Shown: positions 49,201 through 57,919 of the stretch, piece by piece
How positions within the stretch are numbered: position 1 is the stretch's first letter
How the letters are laid out: every line of letters starts with the position of its first letter
Assembly: GCA_963776275.1 (NCBI GenBank)
Contig: CAVZMI010000023.1
Coordinates: 352,001-416,000 of the forward strand
DNA from: Ignavibacteriota bacterium
GTDB lineage: Bacteria > Bacteroidota > Ignavibacteria > UBA10030 > CAVZMI01
DNA: 64,000 nucleotides
Reading direction: 5' to 3'
Notes under the pieces: generated by a model
Seen by the model: only the letters and a program-made list of their open reading frames with translations
Database searches by the model: none
What the model was told of the DNA's origin: nothing
Translations under genes and position numbers: made by a program

Positions 49201-49469
49201 CATAGACCTGACGCATAGATAGCGGTGTTGCCAGATCCTTTTGGCCACTCGAAACCGGCAGATCCCGTACCGGGGTCACGGTTGAACGATCCGTTGTTTC
49301 GAACAAAGGTCGATATATTGTTCACATCGAATTTGACATAATCACCCTTTGTAGCAACCTTCGCGAGTCTGTATGGGTCATTCCCTTTGTTGTGTCTATC
49401 ATAGGGAGCCATGCTCATCGATAGTACTGCAAGGATGAGCAAGACAATTAATAGGGTTGTTCTTTTCAT
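46278..49469 (-). CDS. Large T9SS-secreted surface protein with variant CTD
   Basis: Signal peptide; NNI.....N.G, EWPKGSG...IYASGLW.GA, GDRR, FEGY.VY, YYFAVTSY; CTD VPNPY...NLP...IRIFNLAG.LV...WDL.N...VASG.Y. Confidence 0.85.
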   Translation of the reverse strand: MKRTTLLIVLLILAVLSMSMAPYDRHNKGNDPYRLAKVATKGDYVKFDVNNISTFVRNNGSFNRDPGTGSAGFEWPKGSGNTAIYASGLWMGALVNGSARVAIAEYSYEFDAGPIAAGVDPGADRYHVYKIKRGDDAKSNPDWANWPWQDGAPVLKKVDGTDSLDADGSRIPALIGDMMVWCVYNDNNPKVHTNQKTEPLGIEVQMTAFAYNRSDALGNVIYCKWKVINKGGNKLDDTYVTIWADCDIGDGANDYDGCDTTLGIGYTYCANTSAAGYQIAPAAGFDFLQGPLVNGTAQDTAKFPDGRIFPGKKFLKMTRYVKYSNDRSKMGNPDVGAESYNYMKGLARDGSPIVDDLGNPAKFMYPGDPTKAYDAATNWIENTDVPGDRRFMMTAGHFTMAVGDTQEIVAANLIAQGTTNLGSVSSLRVTDAAAQLAYDLNFTLSPPPLAPTVTVAQLDNEIVLSWGEDDSATTEIENTVTPDPIAAAAAATFDTYMFEGYVVYQLANISGDDPRMLKTYDLKVNPHDPALASPAIIYDDVFDKTVGNIVNKPVKFGENKGIQRSIRITTDVYTGNPLANGKDYYFAVTSYTFNKESVPKTLESAIKTIRVRPTQLPGERLHASNGDTLRTVAKHVAGASDVVHTAGVSEATVIPIVINPALLKKHVYSILANYEEGTRVGWKLRDETVAQDLLTSPNLGPAQGGNSYSWPIKDGIEWVVLDVESKPNPDSCSVVGDISWLESTGWFVSSTGGGVLDPTESGYIIMIIGSDMPSYLGHMSSAWDMLNNTPIEVRFGPGQSQNAYRMRRVGGVSTSYVIQETDPFVPVPFTVWDMTNPASPRQLTVSWRDQDNDATFNPTVDNYLEFAIIYNRTYNAAGGQWLYQNAVGHVAADWSDVATAKSGADMMYAMSIALVDGQTTGNAASKFIVIPYKPIKAANVYTVTISTAPTQNDSLARIDLDKIMAVPNPYFGASAYERDQFNHVVRITNLPQTAKIRIFNLAGQLVRVIDKNDTRTTADWDLLNTSALPVASGMYVAYIDMPGIGTKILKMAVIMSEERLDNY

Positions 49470-49519
49470 ATAAAATTTTCTCCTCAGAGTAATGTGAACT
49501 CACATTCGCAGAGACATTA

Positions 49520-52366
49520 TTAATATTCTACACGAATGCCTAAACGAATTTGGCGCGGAATTCCATAGTTCGTAGGATCTGCCTCCCTGGTTGAGAATGC
49601 GGTGGCTGGATCCAGTACAACACCAGTAGGACTCTCACGTGTAACACCCTCCGCCCACTGTTGTCCTGCAAGCGTCGACAACCAGCCCGTCGAGTTCGGC
49701 ATACCTGTTGCACGCCACACTGCAACAACATTCTTCGTATCCAGGAGATTAAGTACTGTTAACGACGCGATAAGATTAAACGGACCAGCTTTGAACGCCC
49801 TGTCGACACGGAGATCAAATCTGAAGTTCCATGGCGTGTAGGCTGAATTAATTTGGCCGATCGGCTGGATTGATGTCGTTCCAAACCATGGGTTGTACAC
49901 GACAGAAGGTGTATACGGAACGCCGCTGTTAAATGCAAAGAGCAGGTTCACACCAAATTGTTCCAGCGGGTAGATATCGCCGATCTTCGGACCTTCTTCG
50001 GTTCCAAGACGGTAATCAAGATTGATGGAACCGCTATGCCGACGATCGAAATCGAGCGCAGAAATAATTTTCGGGCTTTGAGTCTGAATCCAGGTTATAC
50101 GACCCTGTGTATCCGGATTGGAACCTGTTCCGTCTGCAAATCCGAGAGTATAGTTCACTGTAGCAGCAATATGATTCGTTCGTCGCAATTCGAAAATAAT
50201 ATCGAATCCTTTAACATTTCCGAAATCGACATTCTCATACGGCTGATAACTATTGGGGTATGCCGGATCAGTGGCTGTCCCAACATTACGCACCTGAATA
50301 AGATCCTTTATCTCCTTATAAAATCCCGTAATGGAGAGCGCGGCATTATCCGACAGCATCTGTTTGAATCCGATTTCGTACGAAATAGTTCGTTCAGGTT
50401 TCAAATCGGGATTCGCAATAGTCCCTGAGTATGGTGCATCGACGATCATACGGTCTGCATATGTCTTGCTGGCGAGAACATCCCACAACTCCGGCATCTG
50501 AAGAAATGTGCCGTATTGTGCATGGAACACAGATTTATCGGTAACCGGGAAAGAAAAACCAAGTCGCGGACTTATTATTGTTGTGGGTGTTGATTTTGTC
50601 AAATCGTCCGGTGTAAACACACCGGCACCCGGTGTACCTCGCGCTCCGAAAGGATTAACAGGATCCTTAAACACTTGTTCTTTCGCATCAAAACGATCGA
50701 GACGAAAACCGATATTCAGAATAAGGTCGGATAATTCAACCTTGTCCTGAATATATGCTGCAAAGTAATTCGGTTTTTTCGCTGCTTCGCTATGACTTGA
50801 ACTGAAGAAAGCATCTCCTCCATTATACCAGTTACCGGCATAATCGTAGCCAAAATACTGGACGTTACAATTGCGGTATCCATCCCATCCCGCATCTGCG
50901 CCAGTCCTCGGTATTGCTAAATCGACTGGATTAATTGTATACCAACGAATCTTGTATAATCGGTATTCGAGTCCAGCTTTCAGAAGATGATTTCCTGTCT
51001 GAAGATTAGCATTACCCGTAAACGTCCATACTCTTGAATCTGATTTTGTAAATCGATCAAGAACTCGTCCAGGAGGAGCAAGGACATTATACACATAGGG
51101 GGGTTGTACCCCGTCCTGTACAAATGAAGGATTCTTCGATTTCAGTCCGTAAGAGAGCAAGTCATCGAACCAGACACCGTCACCCTGTTTTACAGATTCA
51201 TCAAAATATCCTGCCTGAACGTCATAGTAAAAGTTAGAACCGACGTTTTGCGTAGCACGGATGAATCCGGTATACGTTCCATTGTCAAATTTTTGTTGAT
51301 GGTTGCTATTGAAATCATAATAATCGACCTGTCCATTATTAGCAAAAGTTCCAACATTCCCTTTTCGCAGGTAGGCTGTACCGCCGAATTTCAGTTCCAA
51401 ATCCGTGATCGGTCTCACATAAAATTTTCCGGCGAAATCCCAGGAATGTGTCGAGTTATTCGGCTTTACACCTCCGATAGCCCGCGGATCATTATCGGTC
51501 ATAATAATGCGTTGAATCGACAGACTGAAATTGGCGGTGTTGTCATCGGGAACAACCGGGCCGTTTAAAACAACATTCGCATCATAGTAGCCGTATCCGC
51601 CCCTTTTTCCCCATGTCGGTTTCATGAATCCATCGGTGACAAATTCACCGATCGCGTGATATTGAGAACCACCTTGTTTGGTCACCACGGCAACCACTCC
51701 CGACATTGCAGAGCCATACTCGGCATTAAAACCGCCGGTCTGGATCTGTAGTTCCTCGACGTTGTTTTGATTCACGTTTGCAAAGGCGGCACTTGGAGTC
51801 CCATAGAGCGGATTTGTGACCGAAACACCATCGATCATATAATTGACCTCGGTCGAGCGGCCGCCACGCACGAACAGGTTGTTCGATCCTTCGTTTTGAA
51901 CAATCGAAGCTTGAAGGCCTGCAACGTTGGTCACACCACGAACAGGAAGAAGATTTATTTCTTCGGATGATTTATTGACCAGTGTATTCGTCTGGTCTTT
52001 AACAAGTAAGGGACGCCCGGCTACTATCTCAACAGCCTGCAATTGCACACTCGTTGGAGCGAGCGCAAAATTTATTTCTGTTGTAAGATCGATATTTACT
52101 CGAACGTTTGAAACAATGTTAGTTTGATAACCAACATATGACGCTCGAAGAGTGTACGTTCCAGCCGGGACATTAAGTATGAAATATTCACCACTGATCT
52201 GCGTCGCAGTACCCATTGTTGTGCCATCGATGATGATCGTGGCACCTACTAGGGGTTCGTTCGTTTCTTTATCAACGACCTTCCCTCGTATTTTTCCATC
52301 TGCACCCATTACCATGATGGGAAACACGAGTATCCCCACTAGCACACAGAATAACTTACGGTACAT
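49520..52366 (-). CDS. TonB-dependent transporter with N-terminal carboxypeptidase-regulatory-like domain
   Basis: GKI.GKV.D..T.EPL.GA, VRGGR..E..Y.IDG, GGFNAEYG.AMSGVV, SPRLG.SFP, NPDLKPE.T..YE.G, PRQIRLG...Y; ATG 52366 with AAGGAGG. Confidence 0.92.
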   Translation of the reverse strand: MYRKLFCVLVGILVFPIMVMGADGKIRGKVVDKETNEPLVGATIIIDGTTMGTATQISGEYFILNVPAGTYTLRASYVGYQTNIVSNVRVNIDLTTEINFALAPTSVQLQAVEIVAGRPLLVKDQTNTLVNKSSEEINLLPVRGVTNVAGLQASIVQNEGSNNLFVRGGRSTEVNYMIDGVSVTNPLYGTPSAAFANVNQNNVEELQIQTGGFNAEYGSAMSGVVAVVTKQGGSQYHAIGEFVTDGFMKPTWGKRGGYGYYDANVVLNGPVVPDDNTANFSLSIQRIIMTDNDPRAIGGVKPNNSTHSWDFAGKFYVRPITDLELKFGGTAYLRKGNVGTFANNGQVDYYDFNSNHQQKFDNGTYTGFIRATQNVGSNFYYDVQAGYFDESVKQGDGVWFDDLLSYGLKSKNPSFVQDGVQPPYVYNVLAPPGRVLDRFTKSDSRVWTFTGNANLQTGNHLLKAGLEYRLYKIRWYTINPVDLAIPRTGADAGWDGYRNCNVQYFGYDYAGNWYNGGDAFFSSSHSEAAKKPNYFAAYIQDKVELSDLILNIGFRLDRFDAKEQVFKDPVNPFGARGTPGAGVFTPDDLTKSTPTTIISPRLGFSFPVTDKSVFHAQYGTFLQMPELWDVLASKTYADRMIVDAPYSGTIANPDLKPERTISYEIGFKQMLSDNAALSITGFYKEIKDLIQVRNVGTATDPAYPNSYQPYENVDFGNVKGFDIIFELRRTNHIAATVNYTLGFADGTGSNPDTQGRITWIQTQSPKIISALDFDRRHSGSINLDYRLGTEEGPKIGDIYPLEQFGVNLLFAFNSGVPYTPSVVYNPWFGTTSIQPIGQINSAYTPWNFRFDLRVDRAFKAGPFNLIASLTVLNLLDTKNVVAVWRATGMPNSTGWLSTLAGQQWAEGVTRESPTGVVLDPATAFSTREADPTNYGIPRQIRLGIRVEY

Positions 52367-52479
52367 AATGACCTCCTTCTTTAGAGTCAACCATGGGGGA
52401 ACGAATTAAACAAGAAAACTATAACTCCAGGTCACAAATGTTTCATTATTTGAAACATGGTAACGAGGTTCGGGGAATA

Positions 52480-52629
52480 TCACCTCCTTTTGAGTGAAGT
52501 TATTATTGAATTTGAATTAGAAAACAAAAGGTTTGTGAGAATGACATGTTCGAGAGCACCTTGATCATTACAATTGATTTCACTTCTAGGAAACTTCATT
52601 GGATTTGAAATTTCTGGATCTGCACACAT
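52480..52629 (-). CDS. Candidate 49-aa upstream ORF (leader peptide)
   Basis: MCADPEISNPMKFPRSEINCNDQGALEHVILTNLLFSNSNSIITSLKRR*; GGTGGT 5 nt before the ATG; ends in AAAAGGAGGTGA. Confidence 0.35.
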   Translation of the reverse strand: MCADPEISNPMKFPRSEINCNDQGALEHVILTNLLFSNSNSIITSLKRR

Positions 52630-52748
52630 TGACTACCACCGTCACGTAGGATATACTCTATTTGAAACGTTGAAGAAGAAGACAGAGACCAAAGATCCAT
52701 AAAGGAAAGAACTTTGTGAAAATGTCTTAGGTCGTTTTAAGTAATCCA

Positions 52749-52777
52749 AGTATAACACTAAGAAAATACATTGTCAA
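52749..52777 (-). promoter_or_regulatory. Near-consensus sigma70 promoter with extended -10
   Basis: TTGACA-N17-TATACT with TGn; A-tract (UP-like) upstream. Confidence 0.8.
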
Positions 52778-52995
52778 GCCCTTTTTTTTTACCTTTTATT
52801 AACGATTACGGCCTTTTTTACATCAACATATCGTTTGAAAATCTCCTTAAATTATTAAGGTCCCATAAAGATGAAAACCTTCGAAAATTCATCGGGAGGC
52901 GCGAAAAAAACTATTCTATTCCATGTTTTTGAAAAAAAGCGAGATTGTTCTGTGGGTTCAGTTCCGCCCCGATAAGTAGGGAAAAGAAGAGTAAA

Positions 52996-53586
52996 TTATG
53001 ATTGAAGTCTGGAAGAAATGATTTTCATGACATCGACCTTCCCATCGCCTGTAAATGATGAGAACGGAACGACATGCTGACATGAAGAATATGCCGAAAA
53101 GACCTCTTCCGCGTTCTTGACAAAATTGGCTACCTTACTCCGGGCAAGTTTATCGGCCTTTGTTAAAATTACCACGAAAGGAATTTTATAGAAATCGAGC
53201 CAACCGACTAGCGCCTTGTCAAGTTCCGTAGGTTCATGACGAGCGTCCATTAGATGGAAAGCAAGCTTGATCTGTTTACGGGTTTGGAGATATTGTTCGA
53301 TAAATTTCCCCCAGCTGGCACGGAGCTGTTCCGGAGCTTTTGCATATCCGAAGCCGGGGAGGTCGACGAAATACAACGAATCATTTATGAGATAGTAATT
53401 AAGCTCGCGCGTCTTGCCGGGTGTGCCGCTAGATCGCGCAAGATTCTTCTTGTTCGTGAGAGCGTTAATAAGCGATGATTTTCCAACATTTGATCGTCCG
53501 AGAAAAACAAATTCCGGAAGATTCGTCACCGGAAGATGATTCAGACTCGTCACCCCCACAACAAATTCTGCAGATGTGATTTTCAT
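52996..53586 (-). CDS. engB: Ribosome biogenesis GTPase YihA/YsxC
   Basis: GRSNVGKSS, PGKT, DLPGFG, TKADK; ATG 53586 (MKITSAEF). Confidence 0.96.
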   Translation of the reverse strand: MKITSAEFVVGVTSLNHLPVTNLPEFVFLGRSNVGKSSLINALTNKKNLARSSGTPGKTRELNYYLINDSLYFVDLPGFGYAKAPEQLRASWGKFIEQYLQTRKQIKLAFHLMDARHEPTELDKALVGWLDFYKIPFVVILTKADKLARSKVANFVKNAEEVFSAYSSCQHVVPFSSFTGDGKVDVMKIISSRLQS

Positions 53587-53620
53587 TTTCGTATCCAGTT
53601 CGAAAATGAATTGTCGTTCA

Positions 53621-54154
53621 CTAGGTATTTCTCTCTTCTCTCGCCCACGGTTCACGTACTGCCGGTATTGCCGGTGCCGTTTTCACAGGTGTTGCTGCCG
53701 GCGGCGAGCTCTTTTTAGATTTCTTTCGCGATCGTTTTGCTTTCGCACTTCCCGTTGAATCGGCAAGATTGAAATCAACCAGCTCAATGACAGCAACCTG
53801 TGCACCATCACCCTGACGTTGACCCAGTTTCACAATCCGTGTATATCCGCCCGGACGAGTTGCGACTTTCGGAGCAATTTCCTCAAAAAGCGATTTCACC
53901 ACAGCACGATCTTTTACGGTTCGGGCAACCTCGCGGCGTGCATGAATATTCTTCGCCTTTCCATCTCCTTCGGCACCGAGAGCATGCTTTGCCCGTGTTA
54001 TGATTGCCTCGACCTGCCTTTGAGTCTCTTTTGCCTTCGCAAGCGTCGTCTGTATCTTTTTATGTCTCAATAAAGATGTTGAAAGAGAATTTAAAAGAGC
54101 TTTACGATGGCTTGCCGTCCGTTTCAGCTTTCGCCCAGTTTTTCTGTGTCGCAT
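53621..54154 (-). CDS. rplQ: 50S ribosomal protein L17 with low-complexity C-terminal tail
   Basis: MRHRK.GRKL.R...HR.A, I.TT..KAKE, RPGGYTRI.K. Confidence 0.98.
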   Translation of the reverse strand: MRHRKTGRKLKRTASHRKALLNSLSTSLLRHKKIQTTLAKAKETQRQVEAIITRAKHALGAEGDGKAKNIHARREVARTVKDRAVVKSLFEEIAPKVATRPGGYTRIVKLGQRQGDGAQVAVIELVDFNLADSTGSAKAKRSRKKSKKSSPPAATPVKTAPAIPAVREPWAREERNT

Positions 54155-54202
54155 TTACTGATTTCCTCTATTTAAAAATTGTAAAAAAATCTAAACTTTT
54201 AA

Positions 54203-55201
54203 TTATTCACCCTCGGGTAAATATTTCTCAACCGGCATACCGAATGTCAATCCATACTCTTCAATGATAGCCGATAGTTCTGCAAGCGATTTTCGGCCGA
54301 AGTTACGGAATTTGAGCAGTTCCGATTCTTCCCGTCGTACGAGATCGGCAATAGTCCGGATATTCGCTGCACGGAGGCAGTTATGAGACCGAACCGAGAG
54401 TTCAAGTTCATCGACCGGTGTTTTCAAGATTTTCCTGATACGCGCCGTTTCTTCATCCTGAACTCCTTCTTCTTTCTCGGTCTCAGGTTCGATATCGAAG
54501 TTGATGAAAAGCTGGATGTGATCACGAAGAATCTTTCCGGCGTACGTCAGTGCATCGTCGGGGGTAATCGATCCATCGGTCTGAATTTCCAACATCAATT
54601 TTTCATAATCCGTCGTACCACCCACACGAGTGGGTTCAATTATGTACCGGACATTTTTTATCGGCGTATAGATTGCATCGATCGGGATCACTCCGACAGG
54701 ATCGTCGACGACCTTGTTCTCTTCAGACGGCACATAACCGACGCCACGGCCGATCCGCAGTTCCAGTTCGAAATCAGCCTCTTTATTAAAACTTGCTATA
54801 TAGTGATCCGGATTGAGAATTTCGAAATCAGTAGTCACCACCTGGAGTTCACCCGCTGTCAGCACGCGGGGTCCCTTGATTTGGAGCACAACCCGGTTAG
54901 CTTTCTTGTTGATAAGTTTTAAACGGACTTCTTTCAGGTTCAACACCATTTCGGTTACATCCTCTTTCATTCCCTTGATTGTCGAGAATTCGTGCAGGAC
55001 CTGCTCGTTTGTTGATGTTACCTTGAAGGCTGTGATTGCTGCGCCGGGGAGCGACGAAAGTAGTACGCGGCGGAATGCGTTCCCGATCGTAACACCAAAA
55101 CCTTTTTCCAGCGGCTGTACAATGAACCGTCCGAATGAATTCGTGTACGTCGCCTCATCCAGTTGGATGGCTTCGGGCATTTGCATAGTTGTAACGCTCA
55201 T
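54203..55201 (-). CDS. rpoA: RNA polymerase alpha subunit
   Basis: PLEKGFG.TIGNA.RR.LLSS, HEFSTI.G..EDV, LELSVRS.NCL, NFG.KSL; ATG 55201. Confidence 0.99.
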   Translation of the reverse strand: MSVTTMQMPEAIQLDEATYTNSFGRFIVQPLEKGFGVTIGNAFRRVLLSSLPGAAITAFKVTSTNEQVLHEFSTIKGMKEDVTEMVLNLKEVRLKLINKKANRVVLQIKGPRVLTAGELQVVTTDFEILNPDHYIASFNKEADFELELRIGRGVGYVPSEENKVVDDPVGVIPIDAIYTPIKNVRYIIEPTRVGGTTDYEKLMLEIQTDGSITPDDALTYAGKILRDHIQLFINFDIEPETEKEEGVQDEETARIRKILKTPVDELELSVRSHNCLRAANIRTIADLVRREESELLKFRNFGRKSLAELSAIIEEYGLTFGMPVEKYLPEGE

Positions 55202-55266
55202 AGGAACCAACCTCGTAAAAATCTCTCCGCTGAGACCGGAGAGAAGTGATTGAAAAAAACCATGGA

Positions 55267-55894
55267 TTACTTGGAATACAACTCGACGATCAATTGTTCA
55301 TTTGCATTTAGCGGGATATCTGCGCGTTCCGGAATGTTAAGGAACGTCCCGCTGAGATTCGCCTTATCAAGACTCAACCATGGATACAATCCATCTTTCA
55401 TTCTTTTTACCGACGAATGGATTACTTCAAGCTTTCGACTCTTTTGACGGACAGCCACAATATCGCCTGCTCTCACCAGATATGCCGGGATATCAACCGC
55501 ATGACCATTTACTGTAAAATGTCTGTGGAGCACAAGTTGACGTGCAGCCTTCCGTGAAGGGGCGAATCCCATCCTGAACACAACGTTGTCAAGCCGCCGT
55601 TCGAGCAGTTTGACAAGTGTTTCACCCGTTCGTCCGGTTTGTTTCAGCGCCTGTTTAAAATAATTGCGGAATTGTGTCTCGAGGATTCCGTAGATACGGC
55701 GGACCTTCTGCTTCTCACGAAGTTGAATTCCATATTCCGAAACCTTGGTCCGTACGAACCTGTCCATGCTGGCCGGGAGGATACGCCCGTTTCTCAACCG
55801 GACATTTTTCCGTGAAACATTTCGTCCCTTTCAGGAACAACTTTTGATGCTCGCGTCGACATAATCTGCAATTGGCGTCAATATATCTTGCCAT
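55267..55894 (-). CDS. rpsD: 30S ribosomal protein S4; +1 indel at ~55753
   Basis: [23 protein letters not shown]...KC.......PPGQHG in one frame, SEYG.QLREKQK...LERRLDN...IVELYSK in the other; 208 aa when repaired. Confidence 0.97.
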
Positions 55895-55947
55895 TAGGCT
55901 CTATCTCCAAAAAGTTTATTAGTATACTCACTTAAACAACTTCACGC

Positions 55948-56340
55948 TTACACGCGGCGTCGTTTTGGTGGACGGCAGCCGTTATGTGGAATGGGCGTGA
56001 TATCGCGTATGCTGGTCACTTCGAGCCCCGCTGTCTGGAGTGCACGGATGGCCGCTTCCCGTCCTGACCCGGGTCCTTTGACCAGTACGTCGACCTTGCG
56101 TAATCCGAGATCGTACGCTTCTTTCGCCGCTGCCTCGGCCGAAATCTGTGCGGCAAACGGAGTATTTTTTCGTGATCCTTTGAATCCGTTCTTGCCGGCC
56201 GAAGACCAGGCAATCGTGTTTCCGTAAATATCCGTCAACGTCACAATCACATTGTTGAATGTCGCTTTCACAAATGCATGACCGTGAGCTTCGACGTTTA
56301 CTTTCTTTTTCTTGCGCGTTGGTGCTGTTGTTTTCGCCAC
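55948..56340 (-). CDS. rpsK: 30S ribosomal protein S11
   Basis: [37 protein letters not shown]. Confidence 0.99.
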   Translation of the reverse strand: MAKTTAPTRKKKKVNVEAHGHAFVKATFNNVIVTLTDIYGNTIAWSSAGKNGFKGSRKNTPFAAQISAEAAAKEAYDLGLRKVDVLVKGPGSGREAAIRALQTAGLEVTSIRDITPIPHNGCRPPKRRRV

Positions 56341-56363
56341 GCTTGATCCCTCCTAGGATTGAC

Positions 56364-56747
56364 TTACTTCTTCGCCATGACCTTCTTCTTACCGGCAACG
56401 GTTTTCCGTTTCCCTTTCCGTGTCCGTGCATTCGTGCGAGTGCGTTGACCGCGCACAGGAAGCCCTTTACGATGACGAAGACCACGATAGCATCCAATAT
56501 CCATCAGTCGTTTGATATTCATCTGGACTTCGCTTCGTGCGGCTCCTTCGACTTTGAAATCAGTGGTAACAATGGAACGAATCTTTGAGATTTCATCGTC
56601 ATTTAACTCACCGACCTTTTTATTCCGATCTATACCTGCTTTATCCAGAATCTGTTGCGCCGTCGTACGGCCAATACCATAGATATAGGTCAAACCGATT
56701 TCGGCGTGTTTCTGTTTCGGCAAATCAACTCCGGCGATACGAGCCAA
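56364..56747 (-). CDS. rpsM: 30S ribosomal protein S13
   Basis: [36 protein letters not shown]. Confidence 0.99.
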   Translation of the reverse strand: MARIAGVDLPKQKHAEIGLTYIYGIGRTTAQQILDKAGIDRNKKVGELNDDEISKIRSIVTTDFKVEGAARSEVQMNIKRLMDIGCYRGLRHRKGLPVRGQRTRTNARTRKGKRKTVAGKKKVMAKK

Positions 56748-56758
56748 TGTTTCTCTCC

Positions 56759-56872
56759 TTATCCTTGACGCTGTTTATGCTTGGGATTTTTACAGATCAC
56801 GCGGACTGTGCCTTTCCTGCGTATGATCTTGCAATTATCGCACAATTTTTTCACTGATGATCTGACTTTCAT
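56759..56872 (-). CDS. rpmJ: 50S ribosomal protein L36 (Zn-binding form)
   Basis: Translated by hand: [37 protein letters not shown]. Confidence 0.98.
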   Translation of the reverse strand: MKVRSSVKKLCDNCKIIRRKGTVRVICKNPKHKQRQG

Positions 56873-56909
56873 ACATGCTCCTAGATCTCCGCCTGCAGCG
56901 AAGAAGAAT

Positions 56910-57128
56910 TTATTTATACCGGTACGTAATCCGTCCTTTTGTTAAATCATATGGCGACAGTTCCACTGTGACTTTATCTCCCACAAGGATTTTAATAAAG
57001 TTCATGCGCATTTTCCCGGAGATATGTGCCAGGATTTCGTGGCCGTTCTCCAGCTTCACTTTGAACATCGCGTTAGGAAGTGTCTCCGAAATCACGCCAT
57101 CAACCTTAATCGGACCCTGTTTGGCCAT
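56910..57128 (-). CDS. infA: Translation initiation factor IF-1
   Basis: MAKQ..I...G...E.LPNAMF.V.LENGH, SGKMR, SPYDL..GRI.YR. Confidence 0.99.
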   Translation of the reverse strand: MAKQGPIKVDGVISETLPNAMFKVKLENGHEILAHISGKMRMNFIKILVGDKVTVELSPYDLTKGRITYRYK

Positions 57129-57135
57129 AGCTTTT

Positions 57136-57903
57136 TTAGAGTGCTGTGCGTGTAAGGATTTCTGCCGCACCTTTTCGAACTACCACTGTATGTTCGAAAT
57201 GCGCCGATGGTTTTCGATCCCGCGTCACGACCGTCCATCCATCACTTGCAACGTCCACCGGATATTTTCCATAGTTGACCATCGGTTCTATAGCGATAGT
57301 CAACCTTTCTGTCAGGCGAATTCCTGTTCCGGCCTTACCGAAATTTGGAACTGCCGGTTCTTCGTGGAGACTTCTTCCGATCCCGTGTCCCACCAGTTCA
57401 CGGACGACCGAAAAACCCTCTTGCTCCACATGAGTTTGAATTGAGTATGATACGTCGCCTAGAAAATTTCCCTCAACCGCTTGTGCAATCCCTTTATACA
57501 GTGACTCTTCCGTCACCCGTAAGAGCCGTGCTTTTTCTTCTGTAATCTGTCCGACAGCAAATGTCCACGCAGCATCACCATAAAACTTGTTCTTCAGCAC
57601 TCCGACATCAATCGATACTATCTCACCATCATTCAATACACGCTTGCCCGGAATCCCGTGAACAACTTCTTCATCAATTGAAACACATATCGTTGCCGGA
57701 AACGGCGTCGATCCATTCGGCGAATATCCTTTAAATGCCGGTTCGCCGCCGCACGATCGGATATAATCTTCAACAATTGCATCGAGCTTTGCTGTCGTCA
57801 CTCCGGGTTTGACATATGAACCTATGAGATTGAGCACCTCTGCCACAATTCGGCAGCTCTCCCGCATCAATCCAATCTCTTCTTCCGTCTTAATCGCGAC
57901 CAT
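57136..57903 (-). CDS. map: Type I methionine aminopeptidase
   Basis: VVHGIP, SIDVG......GD.A.T, GHGIG..LHEEP, AIEPM, SAHFEHT. Confidence 0.98.
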   Translation of the reverse strand: MVAIKTEEEIGLMRESCRIVAEVLNLIGSYVKPGVTTAKLDAIVEDYIRSCGGEPAFKGYSPNGSTPFPATICVSIDEEVVHGIPGKRVLNDGEIVSIDVGVLKNKFYGDAAWTFAVGQITEEKARLLRVTEESLYKGIAQAVEGNFLGDVSYSIQTHVEQEGFSVVRELVGHGIGRSLHEEPAVPNFGKAGTGIRLTERLTIAIEPMVNYGKYPVDVASDGWTVVTRDRKPSAHFEHTVVVRKGAAEILTRTAL

Positions 57904-57919
57904 TAAAGTATTACTATTG

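Noticed and set aside
53621-53760. L17 C-terminal tail (and L5 N-terminal extension) as novelty
   Set aside because: Lys/Ala/Pro-rich extensions are common on these proteins in FCB lineages; the extreme L17 end could also contain an indel
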